Shown piece by piece: positions 29,828 to 41,012 of a DNA stretch of 64,000 bases. This stretch comes from Salinivirgaceae bacterium (GTDB taxonomy: Bacteria; Bacteroidota; Bacteroidia; Bacteroidales; SZUA-534): the NCBI GenBank assembly GCA_024405635.1, contig JAKSOL010000004.1, positions 1 through 64,000 of the forward strand, read 5' to 3'. The position numbers and the translations under genes are program-made. Positions within the stretch are counted from its first letter, which is position 1. Each line of letters starts with the position of its first letter. Below the pieces are notes generated by a model. The model ran no database searches, was not told the DNA's origin, and saw only the letters and a list, made by a program, of their open reading frames with translations.

Positions 29828-30376
29828 TTATTGCAACTTGCGCATTTTGTAGCCCATGCGTAGCAGTTGAACAGCCGTTCCAGCGTGAAACATTTGGTGT
29901 AAGGTTCGCACATATCCCATAAAAGCAACTTGGGTGCCGGGTTCAAAACCTTCTTTTAGCAGCGCATTGTGGGCCATTTCGGCAACTGTACCAACCAATT
30001 TTTGCAGTTTTTGAGCATCGGTTTGGGTTAGCCCAAGCACATCTTCGCTAATGTATTCGTCCATGTGGTCAAAGTCGCGTTTGTTGCGCAGATAAAGGTA
30101 AAGGTCGGGATTGGCGCTGTAGGTTACCCAATCAATGTCCCAAAAACGAGCAAGCGCCATGCCAATATACATCATCCAACCAAGCGAGGCGGCAGGGTAT
30201 TGAGCAAACTCGCGCACACCGTCGGGTATATACGATTGGCAAATTTTTGGCCAAATGTTTTCCAAATCGGGAGCATCAGGTTTAATTGAGTCAACCTCTT
30301 TGTGCTCAAGTAAAAACGTGTGTAGGGTTTTGTATAGTTCAATTTCGTAGTTGTCTAGTTGGTCGTTTGCATCCAT
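29828..30376 (-). CDS. Hypothetical protein (Bacteroidales-type)
   Basis: Open frame with protein-like composition (DGVREFAQYP, GWMMYIGMA); ATG at 30376 lies downstream of a -7 element TAACTTTG (30416-30423). Confidence 0.7.
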   Translation of the reverse strand: MDANDQLDNYEIELYKTLHTFLLEHKEVDSIKPDAPDLENIWPKICQSYIPDGVREFAQYPAASLGWMMYIGMALARFWDIDWVTYSANPDLYLYLRNKRDFDHMDEYISEDVLGLTQTDAQKLQKLVGTVAEMAHNALLKEGFEPGTQVAFMGYVRTLHQMFHAGTAVQLLRMGYKMRKLQ

Positions 30377-30501
30377 AGTGTGTGTGTTTGGTAAACCGAA
30401 ATGTATTTGCGGCGGCAAAGTTAAAATGCCATTGTGAAATAGCGTATTGCAGTGACATTTTTTAATGTGTTGCAATAACTGCAATGTGTGTTCTTTGGTA
30501 G

Positions 30502-30537
30502 AAAAAAATACGGAGCGGGAAAAGGTTTCCGCTCCGT
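30502..30537 (-). terminator. Intrinsic terminator after deoC
   Basis: ACGGAGCGG...CCGCTCCGT stem; the A run on + is a U tail on -. Confidence 0.75.
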
Positions 30538-30564
30538 GTAGGCATATTTATTAAACCTAGTCTA

Positions 30565-31449
30565 TTAAAAATACTTTACATCAACCAGTTTTCCCGATTC
30601 GATGCTCAAAATATCTTTCAGCAGATTGTTGGCCATGCGGCTTGCTCCCAAACGGAACATCTTGTTGTTGAGCCAAGCGTTGCCAAGAGTGTTTTTAACC
30701 ACAGCCATGTAAAGCATAGCATCGGCCGAAACCGACATGCCGCCAGCTGGTTTTATGCCAACGTTGCGGTTGCCTTTTGCGGCAAAAGCTTTAATGGCCT
30801 CGCACATTACGTAAACGGCCTCAGGTGTAGCGGCAGGTTCCATTTTTCCTGTCGATGTTTTAATAAAATCGGCACCAGCTGCCATTGCCACGATGCTTGC
30901 GTTCCAAATGTCTTGAGCATTGCGCAGTGCGCCAGTTTCAAGTATCACTTTTAGGTGTGCGTTGCCAATGGCGTTTTTAATGGCACGTATTTCGTTGCCC
31001 ACGGTTTCAAAATCGCCGGCAAGCCATTTGCCTACCGAAATAACAATGTCAATGTCGGTAGCACCGTCGGATACGGCTTTTTGGCATTCAAGGGTTTTAA
31101 CCTCGATAAATGTTTGTGAGGTTGGAAAACCAGCAGCTACCGATGCAACACCTACTCCAGGTCGGTTTAGTGTGCTTGCCACTGCTTTTACTAGCGACGG
31201 ATAAACGCAAATGGCTGCCACATCGGGAATGCCTGGGTATGTGGCGCTAAAGTTGTTTACGTTGGTTGCAAATTTTTCACCTTTAGCTAATGTGTCGGTT
31301 GTGTTAAGTGTAGTAAGGTCAACCAAACTCAAAGCAAGTTTAAGGTTGTCGGCAGTTTGCATTTTTTCGGCATCGGCTTTTGCTTTTGCTACTGCTGCGG
31401 CTATTTGCTCGTCGGTAAGTGTGTATTTGTATTCGTCAAGTATGTTCAT
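30565..31449 (-). CDS. deoC: Deoxyribose-phosphate aldolase
   Basis: DLTTL, AAICVYP, LKVILETG, GADFIKTSTGK, GIKPAGG, RLGAS. Confidence 0.95.
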   Translation of the reverse strand: MNILDEYKYTLTDEQIAAAVAKAKADAEKMQTADNLKLALSLVDLTTLNTTDTLAKGEKFATNVNNFSATYPGIPDVAAICVYPSLVKAVASTLNRPGVGVASVAAGFPTSQTFIEVKTLECQKAVSDGATDIDIVISVGKWLAGDFETVGNEIRAIKNAIGNAHLKVILETGALRNAQDIWNASIVAMAAGADFIKTSTGKMEPAATPEAVYVMCEAIKAFAAKGNRNVGIKPAGGMSVSADAMLYMAVVKNTLGNAWLNNKMFRLGASRMANNLLKDILSIESGKLVDVKYF

Positions 31450-31476
31450 TGTCAGAATTATATTTAAAACTTGTGA

Positions 31477-32502
31477 TTAGTTGGTTTCCAAAATCTTGAA
31501 TATCTCGTCAAGTTTTGGTGTTAAAATAATCTCGGTGCGGCGATTTTTTGCGCGAGCCTCTGGAGTTTTTGCGTTGTCGATTGGTGCGTTTGAAGCGCGA
31601 CCCGAAGCTGAAATGCGGCGAGGGTCAATTCCTCCTTCGCCTTCCATGATTTTTACAATCGATGTAGCACGTTTTACACTCAAATCCCAGTTGTCTTTAA
31701 TGTCGCCAGCGCCTTTCATTGGTACATCGTCGGTGTGGCCTTCAATCACAATGTTCACATCTTTGTTGGCAGCCAACACTTCGCTAATTTGTTTAATGGC
31801 GGTTACACCTTTTGGGTCAACGTCCCATTTGCCCGATTTGAACAATAGTTTTTCGTCCATTGTTACATACACTTTGCCGTTGCGTTGCTCTACGGTTAAT
31901 CCTTTGTCGGCAAAACCAAGTAGTGCTTGGCTTATCTTGTTTTTAAGTGCGCGAACCGACGAGTCTTTTTCGTTCAAAATGCGCTCCAACTCTTGCACAC
32001 GACGATTTTTTTCGGCCAACTCGCGGTGTTGCATGTTCAGGCTCGAGTCAAGTGCAATCAATGTTTCGTCGCGCTCGTCAAGTTCGTTTTGTTTCTTCTC
32101 AAGTGCACGTTCTTTTTCAAGCAACTCTTGCTTTGTAACTTGTAGTTCGGTCATCAGTTGGCGAGTTTCGGCATCGTTGGCTTTAGCGGTTGCCTCGCTC
32201 TCTTGGCTCATGTCTTCGTACATGGTTTTAAAAACCTTGTATTGCTTGCGGTAGTAGTTAGCCGAGTCTTTAAGCGTGGTTTTGGTGTCAGCCTCGCGTT
32301 GCAGTTTTTTGTTTAGCTCTTCAACTTCGGCCTCAAGTTCGGTTGTTTTAACGGTAAGGTCTTCGTTTTGGCTTTTAACCGAGTCGCGTTCGGCCACAAT
32401 GGCTTGGTTTTTCTCTTTCAGTTCCTGAAATTGTCGCGATGGTACGCAAGCTACCAAACTAGTGGCGGCTATTGCTATCAAAATCGATTTTCTGCTAATC
32501 AT
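31477..32502 (-). CDS. OmpA/MotB-family peptidoglycan-binding lipoprotein with a long coiled coil
   Basis: Lipobox LVAC; coiled coil; IEGHTDD, NWDLSVKRA, NRRTEI. Confidence 0.88.
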   Translation of the reverse strand: MISRKSILIAIAATSLVACVPSRQFQELKEKNQAIVAERDSVKSQNEDLTVKTTELEAEVEELNKKLQREADTKTTLKDSANYYRKQYKVFKTMYEDMSQESEATAKANDAETRQLMTELQVTKQELLEKERALEKKQNELDERDETLIALDSSLNMQHRELAEKNRRVQELERILNEKDSSVRALKNKISQALLGFADKGLTVEQRNGKVYVTMDEKLLFKSGKWDVDPKGVTAIKQISEVLAANKDVNIVIEGHTDDVPMKGAGDIKDNWDLSVKRATSIVKIMEGEGGIDPRRISASGRASNAPIDNAKTPEARAKNRRTEIILTPKLDEIFKILETN

Positions 32503-32689
32503 TTTTTTAAGCGGTTTATTTCAAATATATGTTGCGAATATGGCTTAAAATGATGCGATTAAAACGCATGTGAGGCAGCACTTTTCAACACTTGATTGTT
32601 GTTAAAAAACGGTAGAAAACTGCGTTGGTCAAAATTGGCTAAACCGCGGGCTATTGGTTAGATTTGGCAATAATAAAAATCAAAAAAAA

Positions 32690-35302
32690 GTGGCTGCAGA
32701 AAAAACACCATTAATGAGCCAGTATAACCAAATTAAGGCGGCTCATCCCGATGCTATTTTATTGTTCAGAGTAGGCGATTTTTACGAAACATTTGCCGAC
32801 GATGCCATTAAAACATCGCGCATCTTGAATATTACACTTACCAAACGATCGAATGGTGGCGCAGCCGAAGTACCGTTGGCTGGTTTTCCGTATCATGCTC
32901 TCGACACTTACTTGCCAAAACTTGTCCGCGCTGGCGAGCGTGTGGCTATTTGCGAGCAAATGGAAGATCCTAAACTGACCAAAACATTGGTTAAACGTGA
33001 GGTTACCGAACTGGTTACGCCGGGTGTCTCAACTAACGACAACATTCTTGAAAACCGCGAGAACAACTTCCTTGCATCGGTTTCGTTTAGCAAAACCGAC
33101 CTTGGGGTGGCTTTTCTTGATATTTCAACTGGCGAGTTTTATGCAGCCGAGGGTAGCGAAGATTACATTGTGAAACTGGTGCAAAGTTTCCGCCCAAAAG
33201 AGATTATTTACGAGCGAAGCCGCAAAACCAAAATGCAGGAATTGTTTGGTTTTGGTTACTACATTTATGCTATCGACGATTGGGTTTTTACTGAACAAGC
33301 TGCTACCGACCGACTACTGAAACATTTTCAAACACAGTCACTTAAAGGCTTTGGACTCGATAAACAAACCATGGCTGTGGTGGCTGCGGGAGCAGTGTTG
33401 CATTATCTTGACCAAACTCAACATACCCAAATAGGCAACATTACCAGTTTGAGCCGCATTGTCGAAAACGAGTACGTTTGGCTCGACCGTTTCACCATTC
33501 GCAACCTCGAGATTTTTAATCCACTTAACGAAGACGGCCACAGCCTTATCGACATTATCGACAACACCATTACGCCAATGGGTTCGCGTATGCTGAAACG
33601 CTGGGTGTCGTTGCCATTGCGCAACATTAAAGCTATAAACGAGCGCCTTGATGTTACTCGCTATTTTGTTGATAACGAGTTGGCTAAACAACAACTTGAA
33701 CCGCAACTTAAAAGCGTTGGCGACCTTGAGCGTTTGGTGTCAAAAGTGCCTTCGGGTCGCATCAATCCACGCGAAATGTTGGCGCTTAAACAAGCTTTAC
33801 ACGCTGTTGAGCCAATTCGCCAATTGTGCCTTCAATCGGGGCTAAATTCGCTAAAAGCCATAGGCGAACAACTAAATCCCTGCAGCTCAATTCTACAACG
33901 CATCGATAACGAAATTTGTGCCGATGCACCAATTCAAATTGCTAAAGGTCAGGTAATTAACACTGGTGTAAATGCCGAACTTGACGAGTTGCGTAACATT
34001 GCCTTTTCAAGTAAAGACTATTTGCTCGAAATTCAGCAACGCGAGAGTGTTAACACAGGAATATCTTCGCTAAAAATAAGCTACAACAACGTGTTTGGCT
34101 ACTACATTGAGGTTCGCAACACTTACAAAGATAAAGTGCCAGCCGATTGGATTCGCAAACAAACTCTTGCTAATGCCGAGCGTTACATCACCCCTGAGTT
34201 GAAAGAGTACGAGGACAAAATATTGGGTGCCGAGGAAAAGATTTTGGCTCTTGAAACAAAAATGTTTGCCGATTTGGTTTTTGCTGTTTCCGAATACATT
34301 TCGGCCATTCAGCTTGATGCCTCGCTTATTTCGCGGCTCGATTGCCTAATGTCGTTTGCTACAACTGCCAAACTGCACAACTATTGCCAACCTGTGGTTG
34401 ACGATAGCCGAACTTTTGAGATTGTTGAGGGTCGCCACCCAGTTATTGAAACTCAAATGCGCCCTGGTCAAGAGTATGTGTCAAACAACGTTATGCTTAA
34501 CGACGACGACCAACAGATTATTATTATAACTGGACCAAACATGGCTGGTAAATCGGCCTTGCTGCGACAAACGGCGCTTATAGTGTTGCTGGCGCAAGTT
34601 GGCTCGTTTGTGCCAGCGCAAGCAGTTCACATTGGCTACATTAACCGCATCTTTACGCGCGTTGGTGCATCCGATAACATATCGGTTGGCGAATCAACTT
34701 TTATGGTTGAGATGAACGAGGCGGCTAGCATTTTGAACAACATCGATGAGCGCAGCCTTATTCTGCTCGACGAACTTGGTAGAGGCACTTCAACCTACGA
34801 CGGAATAAGCATTGCGTGGGCCATTGTTGAGTTTATTCACGACCACCCTAAACATCGCGCTAAAACATTGTTTGCTACTCATTATCACGAACTTAACGAG
34901 ATGCAGGACCAGTTTGCCCGCATTAAAAACTTTAATGTTTCGGTTAAGGAGATTGATAACAAAGTGCTTTTCTTGCGCAAGTTGGTTCCCGGTGGAAGCG
35001 CTCACAGCTTTGGTATTCATGTGGCTCGAATGGCTGGCATGCCTCGCAGTGTGGTTAATAGAGCCGAAAAAATTCTACAATCGCTTGAGCAGTTGCACAA
35101 AGACGACAAGGCTACAGCTAACAGCAAAAAATCGCCATCAAATGTCAATTCGGCCGATGGAATGCAGCTGAGTTTCTTCCAACTCGATGACCCTGTTTTA
35201 AGTCAAATTCGTGACGAGATTCGCGACCTTGACATTAATAACCTCACACCTATTGAGGCTCTTAACAAACTAAACGACATAAAACGAATAACAGGTTTGT
35301 AA
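32690..35302 (+). CDS. mutS: DNA mismatch repair protein MutS
   Basis: [24 protein letters not shown] Walker A, DELGRGT, ATHYHEL; GTG at 32690 chosen because a -7 element TAGATTTG lies at 32659-32666. Confidence 0.97.
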   Translation: MAAEKTPLMSQYNQIKAAHPDAILLFRVGDFYETFADDAIKTSRILNITLTKRSNGGAAEVPLAGFPYHALDTYLPKLVRAGERVAICEQMEDPKLTKTLVKREVTELVTPGVSTNDNILENRENNFLASVSFSKTDLGVAFLDISTGEFYAAEGSEDYIVKLVQSFRPKEIIYERSRKTKMQELFGFGYYIYAIDDWVFTEQAATDRLLKHFQTQSLKGFGLDKQTMAVVAAGAVLHYLDQTQHTQIGNITSLSRIVENEYVWLDRFTIRNLEIFNPLNEDGHSLIDIIDNTITPMGSRMLKRWVSLPLRNIKAINERLDVTRYFVDNELAKQQLEPQLKSVGDLERLVSKVPSGRINPREMLALKQALHAVEPIRQLCLQSGLNSLKAIGEQLNPCSSILQRIDNEICADAPIQIAKGQVINTGVNAELDELRNIAFSSKDYLLEIQQRESVNTGISSLKISYNNVFGYYIEVRNTYKDKVPADWIRKQTLANAERYITPELKEYEDKILGAEEKILALETKMFADLVFAVSEYISAIQLDASLISRLDCLMSFATTAKLHNYCQPVVDDSRTFEIVEGRHPVIETQMRPGQEYVSNNVMLNDDDQQIIIITGPNMAGKSALLRQTALIVLLAQVGSFVPAQAVHIGYINRIFTRVGASDNISVGESTFMVEMNEAASILNNIDERSLILLDELGRGTSTYDGISIAWAIVEFIHDHPKHRAKTLFATHYHELNEMQDQFARIKNFNVSVKEIDNKVLFLRKLVPGGSAHSFGIHVARMAGMPRSVVNRAEKILQSLEQLHKDDKATANSKKSPSNVNSADGMQLSFFQLDDPVLSQIRDEIRDLDINNLTPIEALNKLNDIKRITGL

Positions 35303-35335
35303 GCCTTTGCAAGCTGTTGAATTGTTAAACTACAC

Positions 35336-35379
35336 AAAAAACCGCCAACAACCTCATTTTGCTCGGTTGCTGGCGGTTT
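35336..35379. terminator. Terminator hairpin between convergent mutS and the symporter gene
   Basis: AAACCGCCA...TGGCGGTTT stem. Confidence 0.6.
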
Positions 35380-35536
35380 AAGTATTGTTATTTCTTCAAT
35401 ATCTGATTTTGAATTGCTATGCTTGCAAATACAAACTCAGAATACCGTTTTCTGCTTTCTTACATCTGTTGCACAAGTTCATACTCAACTTGGTGGGTTG
35501 GTTTTTGAGAAAATAGGCAGAATAAATAGGAGAATA

Positions 35537-37222
35537 CTATTCGTGAATTTTCCTAATCATCTTGCGCTCGTAAGTGTCAATTTCGTTCTTCATTTCGCGG
35601 TGAAGTATGAGCAAGCCAATTAAGTTTGGAACCGACATTAGAACAATGCCAATTGAAGCAATGCTCCACACAATGGTTGTATCGGTAAACGAGCCTACAA
35701 AAAATCCAGCAACATAAAGTAATCTAAAAGGCGTAATGGCCTTTGTGCCAAAAATGAACGATGCAGCGCGGTCGCCGTAGTAGCACCATGCAATGCTGGT
35801 TGAAAAAGCAAACAACAACAGCGACAGTGCAACAATAAATTCGCCTGCTTTGCCAAACCAACTTGAAGCAAAGGCGCGTATGGTAAGGGCTGCGCTATGC
35901 ACTAGCGATTTGCCGCGAAGTTTAATAATCTCGCCTTCGGTGGTGCGAAGGTGGGCTTTGCCATTTTTTACGGTTATTTCTCCAGTGTATGGTTTGTTGC
36001 GCAAAAGAGCATTTACGTTTTCGGCTACCGATTGGGCATGAATAAACGTAACGTTAGGTGTGCTTATTTGTCCGTTTTCAACCACAATGTTACCATTAAA
36101 AAGGTTGGTGCCGTTGCGCAAAACCTCGGCAGTTTGTTCGGTGTCAGAAAAATTTCCGTTAAGCACCAAAAGGTCGGTTTGCTGAAAAGTGTTTTCAAAC
36201 TTTTGTTTCCACACTCCCGACGACACAATCATTGTGCCTGTGAGCATGCAAATAATAATGGTGTCGATAAAAGGCTCTAACAAAGCTACCAGACCTTCGG
36301 CTGCTGGTTCGGTGCATCGTGCAGCAGCGTGCGCAATTGGTGCCGAACCTTGACCAGCTTCGTTGCTGAAAAGTCCGCGCGCTACTCCTTTGGTTAGTGC
36401 AAACGAAACCGATGCCCCTAAAAATCCGCCGCTTACTGCCGAACCGGTAAAAGCATCGGTAAAAATTGAGCAAATACCTGGAATTAAATTGTCGATGTGA
36501 TAAATAATAACCACCAGAGCACCAATGAAATAGGCTATGCCCATAAACGGTACAAGCTTTTCGGTAACCTGCACAATGCGCCTAATGCCGCCAAGCACAA
36601 CCACTGCAAGCAGGCAGGCTAGTACTGCGCCTACAAGCATTTCGGGCAAGTTAAAAGCATTTCGCATCGACGATGCTATGCTGTTTATTTGAGGTAAGCA
36701 ACCTGTGCCAAATGCGCCAATAAGTGTAAAAACCGAAAAGGCTATGGCTAGCCATTTACCAGTGTTTATGGTTCGCTTATTCAGTTTTATGTTCAATCGT
36801 TTTTGCATGTAGTACATTGGTCCACCAGCCATTGTGCCGTCGGGCAGTTTTTCGCGATACTTGTGCGATAGCGTAACTTCAACAAACTTGGTTGACATAC
36901 CAATGGCGGCTGTAATCATCATCCAAAATAATGCGGCTGGGCCTCCAAGGTGAATAGCCAAAGCAACGCCTGCAATGTTGCCTGTGCCAACTGTGCCCGA
37001 TAGGGCTGTTGTAAGTGCCTGGAAATGTGAAGCATCGCCGTCCGATTGCTCATTATCAAACCGCCCGCGTGCCACTTTTATCGCGTGTTTGAAATAGCGT
37101 ATTTGTGGAAATTTAAGGTAGATGGTAAAGAATAAGCCTGTTCCTATTAGTAATGCAATAAACAGAGGATGGCTACTTAAATAAGCATCGGTAGCGGTTA
37201 TAAAGTTGGCAATAAAGTGCAT
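35537..37222 (-). CDS. Alanine/glycine:cation symporter (AGCS) family protein
   Basis: GTVGTGNIAGVA, GGPAALFWM, GGPMYY, RGLFSNEAGQGS, FAFSTSIAW motifs. Confidence 0.92.
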   Translation of the reverse strand: MHFIANFITATDAYLSSHPLFIALLIGTGLFFTIYLKFPQIRYFKHAIKVARGRFDNEQSDGDASHFQALTTALSGTVGTGNIAGVALAIHLGGPAALFWMMITAAIGMSTKFVEVTLSHKYREKLPDGTMAGGPMYYMQKRLNIKLNKRTINTGKWLAIAFSVFTLIGAFGTGCLPQINSIASSMRNAFNLPEMLVGAVLACLLAVVVLGGIRRIVQVTEKLVPFMGIAYFIGALVVIIYHIDNLIPGICSIFTDAFTGSAVSGGFLGASVSFALTKGVARGLFSNEAGQGSAPIAHAAARCTEPAAEGLVALLEPFIDTIIICMLTGTMIVSSGVWKQKFENTFQQTDLLVLNGNFSDTEQTAEVLRNGTNLFNGNIVVENGQISTPNVTFIHAQSVAENVNALLRNKPYTGEITVKNGKAHLRTTEGEIIKLRGKSLVHSAALTIRAFASSWFGKAGEFIVALSLLLFAFSTSIAWCYYGDRAASFIFGTKAITPFRLLYVAGFFVGSFTDTTIVWSIASIGIVLMSVPNLIGLLILHREMKNEIDTYERKMIRKIHE

Positions 37223-37253
37223 CAATTACTTTTTTTATTAGTCAGCAAAACTG

Positions 37254-38684
37254 TTACATAATCAGTTCGTCGCGGTTTGCATCAAGTTTAATCAGGATAA
37301 AGAGTAGGAAAGTGAATCCCCAAAGTGACGAGCCTCCGTAACTGAAAAATGGCAACGGAATACCAATAACAGGCGCAATGCCAATAGTCATACCAACATT
37401 TATTGCAACGTGGAAAAAGAATATTGCGGCCACGCAGTAGGCATAAATACGGCTGAATTTTGATTTTTGGCGTTCGGCAATGGCTACAATTTTTAGCAAA
37501 AGCCATAAGAAAAGAAGCAACACTATTGTTGTGCCAACAAATCCCCATTCTTCGCCAATGGTGCAAAAAATAAAGTCGGTACTTTGCTCGGGCACAAATT
37601 TGAATTTGGTTTGTGTGCCTTGCAAAAATCCTTTGCCCGAAAAACCACCTGAGCCAATGGCAATTTTCGATTGATTTACGTTATATCCAGCGCCTTGTGG
37701 GTCAAATTCAATGCCCAACACGTGATTTATACGAGTGCGTTGGTGGGGCGCAAGTATGTTGTTAAATGCGTAATCGACTGAAAAAGCTAGTGCTATAGAA
37801 GCTATTGTGAGCAGTATTATTCTGTATGTGTGGTTTAACTTGTGTTTGTAAGCGTGAATTAGGAAATAAGGAATTGGAATGCCAATGCCAATAGTAAATG
37901 GTAGCCAAAGCGGAGTTTCGTCAAAGCCCATTATTTGGATCAAAACAAGTAACGCCGCTCCACTTATTACGCATACAATGCCCACTCCAATCAATGTTTC
38001 TTTAAGCCTGTTGTAGTAAATGTGAAACAATACAAAACCAAGTAGGCTTATGATGATAATTACCGTGTGCGTTTCGAGTAAAAGCGATAATATGAAGAGT
38101 AAAACAAACCAAACGGCTAAACCAACGTAAATAATAGGCATTCCCTCGCGGAAAAAAGCAAGGTAAAGAGCAAAAAATACCAAAGCCGAACCTGTGTCGT
38201 TTTGTAATAATATGAATAAAGGAGAAAGAATAATTACAGCGGTTACAGTAAATAGCGATTTGAACGATTCGGGCTGAAAATCGTATCGCGACATTACTTT
38301 TGATAACACTAGTGCTGTAGATATTTTGGCAAACTCGGCAGGTTGAATTTTTACTGGGCCAAGTTCAATCCACGATTTTGCTCCATTCACCTCGCCGCCA
38401 ATCACAAGCGTTACCATAAGTAGCACTATTGAAATAATGTAAAACATTTCGGCAAAGGCAGAGTAGAATTTGCTATCGAGAATAAGAGCCAAAGTGGCCA
38501 AACCAATGGCAGTGCCTATCCACACAAGTTGGCGAACGTAGCGAGCATCAAAACTAAATCCTAGCGACGACTCGCTGTTGTACGATGCCGAATAAATGTT
38601 TATCCAGCCCAAAAACACGAGTACAAAATAAATTGCAACGGTTAGCCAGTCAACGTTCTTCAAAAAACTACTTCTTCTTTCCAT
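37254..38684 (-). CDS. rodA: Rod shape-determining protein RodA (SEDS)
   Basis: GAKSWI, QPAEFAK, QSKIAIGSGG, PEQSTDFIF, PFFSYGGSS; last gene of the mre operon. Confidence 0.95.
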   Translation of the reverse strand: MERRSSFLKNVDWLTVAIYFVLVFLGWINIYSASYNSESSLGFSFDARYVRQLVWIGTAIGLATLALILDSKFYSAFAEMFYIISIVLLMVTLVIGGEVNGAKSWIELGPVKIQPAEFAKISTALVLSKVMSRYDFQPESFKSLFTVTAVIILSPLFILLQNDTGSALVFFALYLAFFREGMPIIYVGLAVWFVLLFILSLLLETHTVIIIISLLGFVLFHIYYNRLKETLIGVGIVCVISGAALLVLIQIMGFDETPLWLPFTIGIGIPIPYFLIHAYKHKLNHTYRIILLTIASIALAFSVDYAFNNILAPHQRTRINHVLGIEFDPQGAGYNVNQSKIAIGSGGFSGKGFLQGTQTKFKFVPEQSTDFIFCTIGEEWGFVGTTIVLLLFLWLLLKIVAIAERQKSKFSRIYAYCVAAIFFFHVAINVGMTIGIAPVIGIPLPFFSYGGSSLWGFTFLLFILIKLDANRDELIM

Positions 38685-40503
38685 CGAGCAAATCGGCGTT
38701 TAGTATTCGTTGCTCCATCCATTGACGGGTAACGGTGTCGGTTAGGTATTTTTCTATCATCAAACTAGCAATTGGTGCGGCCCACGAGGCTCCAAAACCT
38801 GCATTTTCAACGTAAACCGAAATAGCAATTTTTGGATTTTCGCGCGGTGCAAAGGCCATAAAAATTGAGTGGTCTTTTCCGTGTGGGTTTTCGGCTGTAC
38901 CAGTTTTGCCGCACACTTCAATTCCTTTAATGGCAGCAACACCAGCAGTTCCGCCAGCTGGCGAGTTTACAGCCATATACATACCATCAATCACAGGGGC
39001 AAAGGTAACCGAGTCAACCATAGTTTGAATTTTGGTGCGATATTGCTCAAGTTTGCTGTCGCCCTCGCCGTTTATTTCTTTCACCACATGTGGGCGGTAG
39101 TAATAACCTCGGTTGGCTATTATTGATGCAAGGTTTGCCATTTGTATTGGGGTAAGCAAAATTTCGCCCTGACCAATCGATAACGAGATGATGTTTAGTG
39201 ACTTAACGTGTCCTTTACCATACACGCGTTCGTAGTAGTTGAACGATGGAATGTATCCTTTAACCTCGTAAGGCATGTCAATACCAAGTTTTTCGCCAAA
39301 TCCGAACGACGAAACGTAGTTACGCCAATGGTTATATGCCGAATCGATGCCACGGTAGCGTGGATTGTCAAGCATGTCGCGAAAAGCATAGGCAAAATAA
39401 GCGTTGCACGAGTGCTGAATTGCTTGCCTAACATCAAGTGGCGAGGCGTGTCCGTGGCAACCCATGTGAAATCGTCCAGATGTGTAACCGTAGTGACAAG
39501 GATAATATGTGCTTGCTGGGTTTATGTTTTTTTCTTGTAGTCCAATAAGAGCGTTTACAGTTTTGAATGTTGAGCCCGGAGGGTAGCGAGCTTGCAACGG
39601 ACGGCAAAACAACGGATTAAGAGGGTCGTTGCGTAATGTTTTGTAATTGGCCGATCGTTCGCGTCCAACTAGCAAGTCGGGGTTGTATGTGGGAGCCGAC
39701 ACTATGGCTAAAACCTCGCCAGTGCTTGGTTCAATGGCAACAATGCTGCCTATTTTGTTTGTCATCAACTTTTCGCCGTAGGCTTGCAACTCAGCATCAA
39801 TAGTCAATGTTATGTCGTCGCCATTTATGGCTAAAGTATCGTATCGGCCATGTTTGTATTGTCCTTTAATACGGTTGTGTACGTCAACCATAAAAATCTC
39901 AACACCTTTCTTTCCTCGCAAATCTTCCTCATAAAGCTTTTCAATGCCACTAATGCCAATGTAGTCGCCTTGGTTATAGTATTTGTCGGCTTTTGTTGTT
40001 TTTTCGTCAACCTCGCCAACATAACCAAAAGTGTGAGCAGCCATGTTTTGTGGGTAGCGGCGCAAACTACGGGTTTGGGTGTAAAAGCCTTTAAATTGAA
40101 ATAGGTATTCTTGAAAAGCGCCATACTCTTCGGCTGAAATCTGCTCCAAAAACACCGACGATTTGTAGTACGAATAACGTTTAGCCTTGCGTAGGCGTTG
40201 GTCAACCTGTTGTTTTGTAATGTTTAGTAGTGAGCAAAATAGCGCAGTGTCAAACTCGTGCAATTGGTTTGGCGTTACCATAAGGTCGTAGGCTGCTTGG
40301 TTATAAACCAAAAGTTCGCCATTTCGGTCATACATCAGTCCACGAGCAGGGTATTGCGTTACTCGGCGTAGCACATTGTTTGATGCCGATACTTTATATG
40401 ATTGGTCAATAACTTGCAGAAAAAACAACTTAACAATGTATGTAAGTACCATAAGTACAAACACACCGCTAATAATCAGTTTTCGCTGCGAGAATGGATT
40501 CAT
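38668..40503 (-). CDS. mrdA: Penicillin-binding protein 2
   Basis: PGSTFK (SxxK), SCN (SxN), KTG; position in the mre operon. Confidence 0.95.
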   Translation of the reverse strand: MNPFSQRKLIISGVFVLMVLTYIVKLFFLQVIDQSYKVSASNNVLRRVTQYPARGLMYDRNGELLVYNQAAYDLMVTPNQLHEFDTALFCSLLNITKQQVDQRLRKAKRYSYYKSSVFLEQISAEEYGAFQEYLFQFKGFYTQTRSLRRYPQNMAAHTFGYVGEVDEKTTKADKYYNQGDYIGISGIEKLYEEDLRGKKGVEIFMVDVHNRIKGQYKHGRYDTLAINGDDITLTIDAELQAYGEKLMTNKIGSIVAIEPSTGEVLAIVSAPTYNPDLLVGRERSANYKTLRNDPLNPLFCRPLQARYPPGSTFKTVNALIGLQEKNINPASTYYPCHYGYTSGRFHMGCHGHASPLDVRQAIQHSCNAYFAYAFRDMLDNPRYRGIDSAYNHWRNYVSSFGFGEKLGIDMPYEVKGYIPSFNYYERVYGKGHVKSLNIISLSIGQGEILLTPIQMANLASIIANRGYYYRPHVVKEINGEGDSKLEQYRTKIQTMVDSVTFAPVIDGMYMAVNSPAGGTAGVAAIKGIEVCGKTGTAENPHGKDHSIFMAFAPRENPKIAISVYVENAGFGASWAAPIASLMIEKYLTDTVTRQWMEQRILNADLLDGKKK

Positions 40504-41012
40504 TTTGTCTTTTTAGCGGTTAAAAATTGGCTAAGTACCACCAAAAGCATTGTAAAAATTACACTCATCAAAGTGCGCCACAGCACAATGTGTAGTGCGT
40601 TTAATTTGAACACATCAATCAAAAACAAAAAGATGTGGTGTATAAGCACCATTATGGCACTATAGTTAAAGAACCATGCAAAACCAAATACTCTGATGTT
40701 TGGGGTAACATCGGGTTCAACACCATCGCGGGGCAGCAATCCAGCAAGCAACCAAGGACGTATAAACGCAGCAAACACGGTTGCCGAAGCATGTATTCCT
40801 GGAGTGTTGCAAAACATATCGATGCTGATGCCCATAAAAAACGATAAAATAAGGGATAACCAACCTGGAGTACCAAATGGTAGCATAATTACAAACAGAA
40901 TGTACAAATATGGGTTGATGTATCCTCCAAACTGAATTTGGTTAAGCACACCAACTTGTAGCAAAAGTAGGGCTACAAACCGTAGTATGTTGAATAGCAG
41001 CACATTATTCAT
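40500..41012 (-). CDS. mreD: Rod shape-determining protein MreD
   Basis: Hydrophobic protein with YINPYLY and GIHA; between mreC and mrdA. Confidence 0.9.
   Translation of the reverse strand: MNNVLLFNILRFVALLLLQVGVLNQIQFGGYINPYLYILFVIMLPFGTPGWLSLILSFFMGISIDMFCNTPGIHASATVFAAFIRPWLLAGLLPRDGVEPDVTPNIRVFGFAWFFNYSAIMVLIHHIFLFLIDVFKLNALHIVLWRTLMSVIFTMLLVVLSQFLTAKKTK

Noticed and set aside
31481-32254. 257-aa ORF antisense to the OmpA/MotB gene
   Set aside because: Ser/Phe-rich mirror of a coiled-coil gene's codon usage, with no recognisable motifs; shadow ORF
35380-35536. CG-poor intergenic stretch between mutS and the symporter, as a small gene or pseudogene
   Set aside because: Only short frames without recognisable similarity; cannot be supported
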